Positions 11,301 to 23,110 of a stretch of 64,000 nucleotides of DNA are shown piece after piece. Source of the stretch: Hormiphora californensis (taxonomy: Eukaryota > Animalia > Ctenophora); NCBI GenBank assembly GCA_020137815.1, contig CM035355.1, positions 1,426,001 through 1,490,000 of the forward strand, in the 5' to 3' direction. Under the pieces are notes generated by a model that was given only the letters and a program-made list of their open reading frames with translations, ran no database searches and was not told the DNA's origin. Position numbers and translations under genes: made by a program. Within the stretch, counting starts at the first letter, position 1; every line of letters starts with the position of its first letter.

Positions 11301-14300
11301 GTCCCTAAAAATAAGATAAAAGTAAAAACATAACAATTCTCACATTCCCTACTGGAACATAACTATGCAGTAACATGATAATTCAACTGTAACAATGCAG
11401 TACCTGGAATTGTGTACCATAACTGGTAACATGGTTATTCTCCTTTCCAAAGTTCACCGCTGTACCTCGCCTCTTGCTTTTCCTCATCTTGGGCTGGGGA
11501 CGGCTGAAGTCTGCTCCGTAGAGGGAGACACCCACCCTGGGATCGGTCCCAAAATCAACACCCATATCTTCAACACTGAGGGAACAGATATAGTTACTTT
11601 GATAATGAAGTTATCCATCCCTTGTGGTTTCGTAGTGCTAGTGCTAGTTAGTACAGTGGGGGTGGGGGAACACAGTCAGTCTAGAGCAACATCAGCTTCG
11701 ATTCTCATAAAACAGCAAAAACAAAGCTGTACTGTGTGTTCAAGCCAACCCCCACCTACATGGCTTTCTGAGCGGGTGCAGTACTAAATCCAGGAAAGTG
11801 TAGTGCGGTAGTGGTATCCTTGGCAACCAAATCAGCATCCGTAACCCCGAACACATTGCTGTCTGCTATCTTGTTAATAACAGGTCGTCCATAGTCCCGT
11901 GCTATGTAGTCTGATTTGTTAATGGTTGCCAGGTCTAGCTTTCCCTCAGGACCACTTAACTCTGGGGGAGGGGGAGATCTATTAGTTTTTTAGTACACTT
12001 CTAATCGTTTTACGGATTTCCCATACAGCATGCTACAATCCTCTACACAGTTATGGGCTAGAAATAATTTCACCGACGACAACAACGTCAACAAAACACT
12101 CACGGTCAGCGTGATGGGCAGGTTGAGATTTGGAGATGGCCTTGACAGGGAACTGGGCTGCATAACTTGTCGTGGAATCCATTGCAATCGTGGGAGCTGC
12201 GGGAGAGAGAGAGAGAGAGAGAGAGAGGTGATGAGGTCAATTCAAACAAAAAGGATGACTTATTATTTAAAAAAGTTAGGGAGAGTGCTCCCCTTTTTTG
12301 TACATTTTAGTTAGACTTTTTATACAGGTTGGAAGACCTGGAGTTATAGTCGTTCTGACTCTGCTTCAACTGTCCGATCGCGGGGTACTCCCACGATCTT
12401 CGATTGGCTTTATACTCATTTCTCGTGGTAGACTTGGCCTCCCGACGATTGATGAGATTACTTCGGCAATCTACGACTGCTATTGCTATCGAAGGCGGCC
12501 TGCCAGCCCCGAAGGGCAATCATACTATATCTCAACAACTTTTATATCAAACATTTCGGATAGAAATTTTCCTTGTTTTTTAGTAAGAGTAATACTCTAA
12601 TCCACTAAATGATACAAAAATCAAATCATTAGGTCATCTCTAAGTAATAAAAATGGAATCCCGTCCCTTACCTACTACTGCATCCGTTTTGGATCTCTCC
12701 AAGGGTTGGGCAGCGTGTCCAGGATAGTCCGATCTCATCTGAGTGACCCCCTCCACTGCACCAACACCCAGCCCTATCTGGTCGGTGGGTTTGGGCCGAT
12801 CCAGCTGCATGGCATCGTGACCCTGGGAATGGAAATGGTAAGATAAGTCTAAGAATTAATTTTCCACTCCTATCGCGTTTCCTCCAAGAAAGAAGACCTA
12901 TTTATACCTTTCCTATAGTTTAGCTAGTTGGTAATGAACAATTATTTCTTTAATTAGCTCACCTTGTAGTCAGATTTGACGATGGTGGCGTGTTGCTGAT
13001 TTCCATGGAACAATTCAGCGTATCAGGGTACTCGAATGCAGCATTTGAATCATCGTCTTTGTCCCCCTGGAATTGTGTACCATAACTGGTGGCGTGATTA
13101 TTCTCCTTTCCGAAGTCCACCGCTGTACCTCGCCTCTTGCTTTTCCTCATCTTGGGCTGAAATCCAGGATGATGTAGATGCGGTGGTCGTCTCCTTGGCA
13201 ACCAGATCAGCATCTGTAACCCCGAACACATTGCTGTCTGCTATCTTGTTAATAACAGGTCGCCCATAGTCCCGTGCTATGTAGTCTGATTTGTTAATGG
13301 TTGCCTAGGTCTAGCTTTCCCTCAGGACCACTTAACTCTGGGGGAGGATTTGAATCAGGGTTACTACCTAATAGTAGGACACAATTTCCCAAGCCCAGTA
13401 CCCCCTGCATACTGTGGATTAGAAGGATTCTAACAAACTGGAATAGAGTATTAATTAGTTTGAAAATTCCCGTATTCCTAAAAATACTCACGGTCAGCGT
13501 GATGGGCAGGTTGAGATTTGGAGATGGCCTTGACAGGGAACTGGGCTGCATAACTTGTCGTGGAATCCATTGCAATCGTGGGAGCTGTGAAGGGAGAGAA
13601 GTTATTAAAAGTGGCTAATTTAGCCATTTGGGTATGATATCCCCTCTTCTTCGCTCCCTCCTGTGCTGTCCTCTCTCACGTTTAGCGTGTGCGACGTTTA
13701 GTTAGGGAGAGAAAAAGATAGGGTACACCGTGTCCAATTTAGTCATCAGGATAAAGGATTTTAATCTTCTCCAGGACATTGGATACGAAATCCCATCCCT
13801 CAGAGCCTGAACTCCCAAAGTATGGAATCCCGTCCCTTACCTACTACTGCATCCGTTTTGGATCTCTCCAAGGGCTGGGCAGCGTGTCCAGGATAGTCCG
13901 ATCTCATCTGAGTGACCCCCTCCACCGCACCCACACCCAGTCCTATCTGGTCGGTGGGTTTGGGTCGATCCAGCTGCATGGCATCGTGACCCTGGGAGGA
14001 AGAATTGGATAATACTGTCACATAATTTAAATACTGGCAAGTTTAGCTACTTAGTAAAACAATTGTCAATGAATGGACCATTCAACGGAGACACTCATAG
14101 CTTGTACTGTTTTACAACATGCATGTATTATTTCCCTCCATAATACCATCTATTCGTTCAGAATCAAATGGAAAACTGGAGAATCTATGGACCATAGATT
14201 CTACGACATCTGAACGAATAGACGAGATGATGGTAGATGAAAGCGATATATCATTCCGACCATAACGCACAAAGCGATGCACTTTCCTAGCTATCTCACC

Positions 14301-14895
14301 TTGTAATCAGATTTGACGATGGTTGCATGTTGCTGATTTCCATGAAACAGATTCAGGGTATCAGGGTACTCAAATGCAGCCTTGGACGCGACGTATATGT
14401 CCCCCTGAGGGTGGCGGGTGTAATAAACTGACTTCATTCTAGTGACAAGGAGAGAAACAGTATTCAATGGCAACAATTTATAGTATATCGGTGGTCGGAT
14501 ATGAACATGCATGATAAATCTCATTCAAGGTGGGACATAAAAGAAGTCCATGACTATCTGGACCGTATTCTGAGATAAACTATTTAAAAGACTTGATCCA
14601 GAGAGCTCTAAGATTCTAAGAAGACGGACAACTACAAGCGACGGTGAATTTTAAAGATCATAATAAAACAATTTACGTACTTGAAGTACCAAACTCATAC
14701 TACGTACCTGGCCCTGAAGTCACGTACCTGTCCCTGAAGTCACGTACCTGGCCCTGAAGTCACGTACCTGGCCCTGAAGTCACGTACCTGGCCCTGAAGT
14801 GCAAGTTTGCCAGTGCTGGAGTACTTGTGCTTGGAGGTACAGTGGTGTTTTCCACAACTACAGATGTCACACACACAACGTTCTTTAATGACCAT
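8368..14895 (-). CDS. SAXO: Stabilizer of axonemal microtubules (SAXO/FAM154 family), multi-exon, with internal duplication and a few frameshifts
   Basis: N-terminal MVIKERCVCDICSCGKHHC; many T/S-S-Y-x-x-x-F/Y (Mn-type) repeats (TSYAAQF, TSYGTQF, TSYAADF, TSYKSHY); C-terminal YTFKEVAKGHQVYE; probable last exon 8445-8368 (INCGCPPKGGCGC...*). Confidence 0.85.
14701..14800. repeat. 20-bp tandem repeat x5 spanning the SAXO first-exon donor site
   Basis: Unit tcacgtacctggccctgaag; on the minus strand each copy contains CAG|GTACGT. Confidence 0.9.
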
Positions 14896-15504
14896 TCCGG
14901 TGCCGTGGGAGGACTACTGAAGAGAAGGGGTGGATTAAATTGAGATTTGGGGCACTGGACGACAACTTGAGAGAGGGGGGCGACAGTGCCCGACTGCCAA
15001 AAAGGGTAGTAAACCGTTGGGAAAAGAGAATGAACGAGAATCGAAAACACTAAACAGCATGTAACAGAAATGTGCATGCTGTACGTGCAAAATAACGGAG
15101 CAAAAAGAACCGAGGCCTTGATATAGTGGAATGGAGAGTTGGTCTTGTTTAAACCGTGCGTGCAAACCGAGCTCTGCATGGATTATGCGTGGAGTAAGGA
15201 GAGGGAGAGAGAAAGCAAGTTTACACTTACAGAAAAGCTATTGTGCAGTCGTGATATGAAAAATATAGTGATGGCTGGCCAGGCAGGCGATTCAGTGTCT
15301 CGATCTAGGCTTGTGAAAATATGATATTATCCCGAGCAAATTGGTTCATCAGGCCCTAACATGGAAATTAGTACTGGGATTGGGAAGTTGCTATGGCCAA
15401 GCAACTTAAACTTGTGAAGCACGCCATTGAACGAGAAAACAAAATAATGAACGAGAGAGGGAGTGACTGTGAGTGAGAAAGAGAAACTAAGAAAGAGAAA
15501 CTAA

Positions 15505-15507
15505 GAA

Positions 15508-15586
<79 letters not shown>

Positions 15587-15600
15587 GAAAGAGAGACTCA
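15505..15600. repeat. (GA)n microsatellite
   Basis: Directly visible. Confidence 0.95.
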
Positions 15601-16945
15601 GAAAGAGAGTTTCCACTGTAATAGAGGCTGCGTGTGATAGTAGTTGCGCTAACAAGAGGACTTATATATTATGAGTGCATGTTTAATACTCTCATGCCGT
15701 ATTAAGCATCATGATGCATCATAGACTGGGAGTCGGGGAGATATGATAACACAGTGGAGCGTGATATGAGGTACAAGGGGGTATAGGGGACAAACCGATA
15801 AAGGTTTGATATTGTCAATGATAAACCATCTTGCTGTCTGGCGGCGCCTACCCGATCTGAGCGCACTATTGAAAATCAAAAGAGGTTTGCGGTCATTATA
15901 ATGTGAAGTGATTTGGTCAGAACACTTTATAACTCACATTCTGTCAGTGGTGTTCAAAGGAAGTTGGCTGACCATCACCCACAGTTTACAGTCTTTATTA
16001 GGACTCCTTGTTTGTCATTTTTAGATCCCATTACCGGATCCCATCAACGTAACAACTGTAGTAGAGGAGGAGCTCGAGATAGATCTCGGCTGAAATAAAA
16101 GGTTATATAATTAAACGCCCTGTTATAATGTAGGGGGACTGTGGGCTGTGGGCCAACCCTTGTTAAGTTCTAACCCTCTTGACATTTGTAAAGGAGCTCA
16201 CGAAAAGGGGCCGTCGAGCTGGGCAATACCCACCCACGAATGAGTGATTGACAGGTTAAACCTACGAGAAAGTTAAGATAGCAGCGAAGGGTGGGGTTAA
16301 GACTGTCATCTCGCTGATCCATTCTCGTGTGATTCGCTCAGAGCGCTGAGGGTGGTCCAAGTTAGACATCATGCTGACAGGGGAAAGATAGATCAATTGA
16401 TAGCCGCGTCACAGCAAGGGTCTTCTAAGAATAAGGCGTGGGCTTGTCTTCTTCGAAGGATAAGATTAAACTTTCTTCGAAGAAACATTAACAGCAAAAG
16501 AGAAAATATGTTGACTTTGTCGCGTTTATATTTGTTTCATTTCCTCCCATAGTTTGGCAGTTGAGGTACAGGTGTGGAGCCTCTAAAAACTAGAAGTTCT
16601 AGAAAAGTAAAACTCTGCCCATAAGATGTGATAACAGATAGGGCACTACAAGGACACACACACTAATATTGTGACGAAAATACAAACACACAAACAAATC
16701 CAACATAATGGGTTCACTACAAGAATACCCACTGACACCAAGTATCAGCACATTGTGAAGGGATCAAATCAATCAAAACAGGGAAGAAAGTCGGCGGCCG
16801 GCGCACTACTTATATTGGGAATGATACCTCTTATTTTAGGGGGAAATAAAAACATGCAAAGTGTCACTCGGCAAATCCAGGAAACCAAATCGATTGTCCG
16901 TGATTTCAATCTCTACAAAACCAAACAAATTGTCCCTGGGCGGGG

Positions 16946-17750
16946 TTAAGAGGAGTAGGGGCTCTGGTACATGCCACCAGCATTCTCAGTATGGGGTGGA
17001 AAAGTACTAGTGTAGCCACCGCCACCGGGTGCCCCCGCCAACCCACTTTCTGCGTAGCCGCCCAGACCAGATTCCGAGTTTTGCATATCTTGCATCTGCT
17101 TGAAGGCGTGATACGCAATGGCACCCTGAAGAAGAGTAAATGTTATACTGGGGATTTGGATTTAGTTTTACTTAAAGTTTTTAAGTTGTTAACACTGTTG
17201 TTAACATGAACTGCGAGACTTCACCGTTTCACCGTGAGAAGTGAAGCTTCCCGCGTCCCTGAGCCCATGATATTGGCGCGGCGCGCACTGTACCATACGG
17301 GTCTACGGGAAGTGTGGACTTAAAAGGACCCCGCGCGTTACTGACATGACTATCTCACAGCCACATCGCACAGGCTACCTGTATTAACATTGTACACAGT
17401 GTATACACCAACACTCATTCGCGGGACAATAGGGTCATAGCTGCAGGGAGAGAGAGATTGTGGAGATGGGAGAGGTGTGGTTTTCCATTTTATACACTCT
17501 CAAAGTTGCTGCAAACAGTGGTATCGAGATCAAGTGATGTGCAACAGAATCAATGTTTCAACTTCCCTAATAATACTAGCTAGCTGTACGGTGGTGGTGG
17601 TGCTACTCAACAGGGCAAAAGAGACTAGGGCGGTCTGGGGGATGGGATCAACAAACTTCCTATTTGAAGGGGGCGGGGGGGAGTTGGTCGGTCAGAACTT
17701 TGGAGTCGCCAAAAGCCCCGAAAATTCAGGAAAACGCCCGCGGCCGCCAT
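16946..17750 (-). CDS. Synaptogyrin/MARVEL-like gene: clean terminal exon 17125-16946, upstream exons garbled
   Basis: The last exon after ttcag reads GAIAYHAFKQ...GGGYTSTFPP...GGMYQSPYSS*, like the synaptogyrin tail. Upstream fragments (MAAAGVF, TALVSFALL, VRAA) are only suggestive. Confidence 0.35.
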
Positions 17751-19224
17751 CTCATGATTTATAAACTTAGCTTAGTGACAGTTAAATCGAACAAAGAGAA
17801 AGTTTTTACTTTGATCGACGTGGGAAATATATTACGGAGAATGAAAGGGGGGAAACGGGAAAGTTAATTTCCTGGGATCCCTCTAGTAGAGCTAGGAAAA
17901 CTTTATTAACTATTTCATGACATTCCTTCACTTCCCATTTCCCACTTCCCAGAACTTTCAACTGACATTCTTTCACTTCCCAGTCCCCACTTCCCAGAAC
18001 TTTCAACTCATTTCCGACGTATATTTCTAAAAGAAAGAGAGACGTAAAATATATTACTTAGAGTGGCTTCATCCCAGATTCAATTAACTCAGACCATCCT
18101 GTCCACACAAGCACTTCACAAAAAACAGCTATACTAAGCTCGAAAACGGGGCTCAGTTTCGGCTTTGTCCACCACAATCTATTTCTCGTTATCTCTCGAA
18201 ATCTTTCTAGATACACATTCATCTCAAATTTCAGCCGCCCGCTCATGCACATATATTCTGTGGGTACTAAAGAACGCGTCAGTGCAGCACACCTGGTTTT
18301 TTAGCGTGTTCTTGAGCACTGGCCACTACATTCTCACAATACAGTTGTTCCAGTGTGAGTTGTACCAGTACCAATCACATTGGCCATTGCGTTATCCCCG
18401 GCCCTTGTTGGTAACGAAATTACCCCTCCACGAAAGCAATAATAGGGTTGACTTCGTAACCAAGGCCCTTGTTACATGATTACTACTACTAACTACTTAC
18501 TACTATTTAAACTTCCGGATTACAGGATCGTATGCTATTATATATCTGATGGAGTCCTTGTAGCAGGTGTCTCCCAGCTTTCCTGAATCCCATTACTTAC
18601 TACTTTTAACAGTCTTTAATATTCCTATCCCCGGCAAAAGGCAGCCCCTCTCTCCCACCAGCCACTATCTCGCTGATACCTTTTATTACAGTCTCTCTGC
18701 GTTCACGGGCCATATGCATCAACCGAATGTCTTTGAATTGCAAATCTAACACATGGTCGGTAATGGAGATTTGACGCAGTATTATCAGGCAGTAGTTCTC
18801 AATAAAGACTTTACTTAATGGTTTCCCAATCAGTAAGTCTAGACGTCTAGACTATAGTAGACCCATAGCATGTCACAGCTGTCAGCTATGGCTAGACAAC
18901 TTCATGTGTTTTATTTTTCGTTTTTATATCGGTACCATGCTATAATTCTTGATACGTATAGGATTAAATCTTCGATTCCGCCTGGAACCCTCTCAATAAC
19001 ATGTATTGTTTACTACCTATAGTGTATTTTATCTCTCAATATACCTCCCAGGCCAGTAATATCACAAACCCTTTCATACAGATATCCTGATAATCCTGAT
19101 TAATACTGCCATCACACACACACACACACATACAGAATAGCAGCATTAAGATAGTAACTGATAGGAAACTATAACTAGATTCCTTGACACTATTATAGAA
19201 TGTGTCTAATCACCAAAGCACAGT

Positions 19225-20800
19225 AACAGGATTATAAGTCAGACTCACAATGAGGAACAGAGAAAGTGAGATACCACGTATGGATTCCTGTGAATGAAAT
19301 CCACTGCGACTGACAAAGGCAAGAGGGGACATACTGAGAGCGTGCAGAATGAGTAGAAACTTTAGTTAGCCAAAGAATGTTAAGCCATAGCGAGGCCCCA
19401 CGATGCAGAGATGGTCTGAGAGATGGAAAAGTTGTACACAAGTAGATATGGCTGTAGTTATACAAGTGCCATCATATATTCATTCTGAGTTTAGGATATG
19501 AGCTGTGAAGCATAAATGTCCGCTTTCATTATCATATGATAGTATTGAGTGTTTGCATGGTATCTATGGTAGGTACGTGTTCATCCACCATTTGGTAATC
19601 GTTTATTAGGACAAAGTTGACTCTTGCTGTTTTTCCAATATCATCGTGTTGAACGAATATTTCAAATTTAGGGAACTCCAAATGCAGGAAGCGATCGAAC
19701 ACATATTCCTGTAATAGAGCAATTAGTTTTAATAAGCCTTAATTAAGTTCATGATAGCATTTTTTAATTTACACCTAAGCGTTAGATTCAAAAACGTGAG
19801 GCTAATTAGATGTACAAGTTCCAATTAACAGTTCCAGTCTGACACTAGTTCAGAAATTTCGTCGAATTAGGTTTGAACATTTCGATTCTAACGGGTCTTA
19901 AATCCAGTCTGCTATTGTTGTCGCATGTTCATGAAATAGTATGTACGATAGTTGATTTATGAGACTCATATGCGTACCTAAATCTTGTGCGAATATCTCC
20001 GAAATTGGTTGCACTTTTTATCTAGATGAAGCCTGGCATCAATCTCCCCATCCAGTCTCATATAATTATGTACTTGTCACCTAGACTCAAATGGCCAATT
20101 TGTATTTCTATCGTCTCCCGACTGTATACATGTGTTCATGCTACGTTCCGTTACAAGACTACTTTATTCTCACATCAGTAAATACCATGGTCCCATCGTA
20201 GATAATGACCAGTATTTCAAAATGACCTAGTCAGAGATAGTCGGCCGAACGTCCCCCACTTGTTTTCAATACAACATTGCCCCGTTACCTATCACGATGT
20301 TGGGTGATCAATCCCAGAGATAAGTTTGCAAGAAGCAGTCAACGAGAGATGCATACAGGCAAAGATGTGAGTGAGCCTGGTACATGACAGGCACCCACTC
20401 GTGGTATATCCCTACCAGTATAAGAGAAGAGAGCATTAGGATGACTGAACGAAATCAGAATGTTGAATAGTATGATGATGTATCATACGAAGCAAAGTGT
20501 CATTGAAAACAATTTGTCACCTTTCAAGCCAACAATGAAAAAAGTTTGTAGTTTTGCTATAGTCCTAACAGGAAACCGGGCCCAATAAAGGAAGGTACGT
20601 GGTCCCTGATTGGTTGATAACCAGTCACGTTGACTATAATAACGAGTTGCTGATCTTGGATTGTACTTGTTTTGGTCGGTTCCTGAGCATAACGCTCGAT
20701 ATTATACTTACTGTAGTAATCATACGGAGAATGATGTCAGGTCTTTTCACGAAGTCTAGTATCGTGTCACTGTGTGCAAAACTCCGGGCGTAATCCATGT
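19225..20800 (-). pseudogene. Frameshift-riddled exons, possibly adhesion-GPCR-like (GPS-like Cys region then hydrophobic helices)
   Basis: Exon-like blocks with splice sites: EYVFDRFLHLEFPKFEIF..., HLCF...DGTCITTAISTC, KFLLILHALS...SIRGISLSLFLI|gtgag; frequent frame changes. Confidence 0.3.
20569..20685 (-). mobile_element. Degenerate reverse copy of the 109-bp hAT-type MITE
   Basis: Similar to copies at 51468 and 59006; CAGGAA...TTCCTG termini. Confidence 0.7.
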
Positions 20801-21163
20801 CACGTGACTTTGCTAAATGGAAGAAGGTGGGTCAGTATAAACGGTCTGGTCCAATTGCAAAATTCCCAACTCCCATTTTTGGGGTAAACTTGGTATTATA
20901 TATAATATGTTTCTAGAATTTGTATGACGTTACCAAGGGGGTGGGGTGAATATAAAAACTCAAATCATGTTATATTTATAAGGAAGACTTTTGTTTTGGC
21001 TAGTTGGCTAGTAAAAGAATTCAACTTCAAGAGATGTTTGGGTGCAGTGTGTGCATGATAAACCCACAAAACCTCTTGGTATAATAAGGTTAACCCTTAG
21101 CACAAGACCATATATACAAAGATCTAGGTATGCAGATGGGTACACACAGTTTAATACACATGT

Positions 21164-21268
21164 ACAGTCAAGCCTCGATTTACCGGACTGAAAAACTTTC
21201 CCATGGGAAATAAGTGATACCTCGATTTAACGTGCGAAAAGGAAGCTGGTAAATCGAGACTTAGCTGT
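21164..21268. mobile_element. Tc1/mariner(pogo)-type MITE remnant
   Basis: ta|cagtcaagcctcgatttacc ... ggtaaatcgagacttagctg inverted termini. Confidence 0.55.
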
Positions 21269-23110
21269 TCTTTGTTTATCTTTCAACACATTATATGTAA
21301 TACATGATCTGCTACCACTGCTATCTTTCGACTTTTGAAAAAGCTGACTCTTATTTCTTGTGGCACGCAGTGTTTATGGATTACAGCAGGGTAGACAATT
21401 CAGCTAAAATATTGTAAACTAAATTATAAACGGGGAAGTAATTTTGATATCTCCTTCTGGTGATCAACACACACACACGCCCTCTGTACAACAGTTTAAT
21501 GGGGAATCTCACACATACACGGGCAGAACTCGGTTAAGGAGAGATTAATTAGTATTCTGAATAATGAGTTCAGAGCAAGAATTAAATTATAAACAGGCAC
21601 CTAACATCCAGTAGCACTTCTTTTGAGTTCTTCGTTGTGTTCTGATTACATCATTTTCAAATTACTAGTAGGTATAGTTGTATGAAACTGCACCTGCTAC
21701 TGCTGCAGCAGTACTGCAGCAGTAGCATGTGATTAGTACTGAATTTCCGACCAGTGTTACCACATATGGTACCAACTACATCACTAATTTTCGAGATTTC
21801 CGGAGAGTAGCATTGCGATTTCGACCCTCTGACTGTGCCCTGTAAAGGAGGTTAGAACATATATTTCTGCTATGAAACTAATGAGTGTCAAACAGAGCGC
21901 TATATAGCCATTTATAATAGGTCACTTATAATGCTAAGTTCAGCTCAGTATTCATTTCGCAATCCAGGTTTATAATATCGCGCTTTTAGCCGGCAAAAGA
22001 AATGGCCAGCGGAGTTATACGGTGATGATCTAACTACTCAGGCAGTAGTTCTAGTACTCTACTAGAAATACCATTATATATAGCGTATGATGATCTGCAC
22101 CAAATATTCGGTCTTTTTCAAGCAGTTCTTAGCTGTCTATTTTAATACTTGGGTTGAGTTCTAGGAATTCTTAAATATCCAGAATTTGGTTGCGTGATCT
22201 TCTCATTCTCCGATTTTGTACTTGCTTTGTAGGATATAAAAGACTTATCTCTCCTCGCCACCTTAAAAAACTGAACATTGTACCTCTTTACGCAGTAACA
22301 AGCCTTTGAATTCAAAGGCTTGTTACTGCGTAAAGAGTTACAATGTTTCAATTGAATCGTGCTAATGCAGTCGATATAAAGCAGGCAATGCTTTCAACCA
22401 TATGGGGAACATATGTTCCGCCCACACAACAAACCACTGCCAACTCTCTAGCTGTACTGCGATTGGTTGAATATTAACTCCCATTTATATTTTACGGGTA
22501 GGGGGGATAACTCTTCTATAGACTGACTATCACGCGTTTTCTTTTGACCAACTTGATTGGCTCGTGGAAAGGCGATATCATTTCAATTTACTTTGTAGTT
22601 TCAGAACAGTTTGATTAATTAACAAAAGTTTAATATATTTTTTACTAGCGATTTATATTTTCTTAGAAAACATCTTTAACTTTTAGTTGAGTATTGTAAA
22701 ACTTCAGTACGATTAAAATGCCCCATTTATCCCTTTTACTTGCTATCTTCAACTGTCACATAAGACACGAGCGTTGTTGTTGACAGCTCTCTCTCCCTCT
22801 CAACAAATAGAACGCTACGGTAGCGTCGCTACCTGGTTAGTTGACAGCTGCTTTAGTGCTTTTTAGTTCGCTTTTGGGGCTCTCAAAGGGTTAAAGAACC
22901 TTAAGAGCAGCTGTGGTTTCCTTGTAATCACGGACCAGTGTTAATATTTCTCCCTCATTCGAGAACCCCCTTTTCTGTTTTTCTGTTTATATGGCCTAAC
23001 TCCTTAGTTTTCATAGTTTTATTATTATCTCATCTTCAACTATTATAATCTAAATCCTTGTCATTGTATTGTTTATTAAACATACTAAAATGTTAAAATT
23101 AGGCGGAAGG

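Noticed and set aside
14701-14800. CRISPR-like array
   Set aside because: No spacers and a eukaryotic context; simple tandem repeat (also applies to 27750-27900 and 38495-38650).
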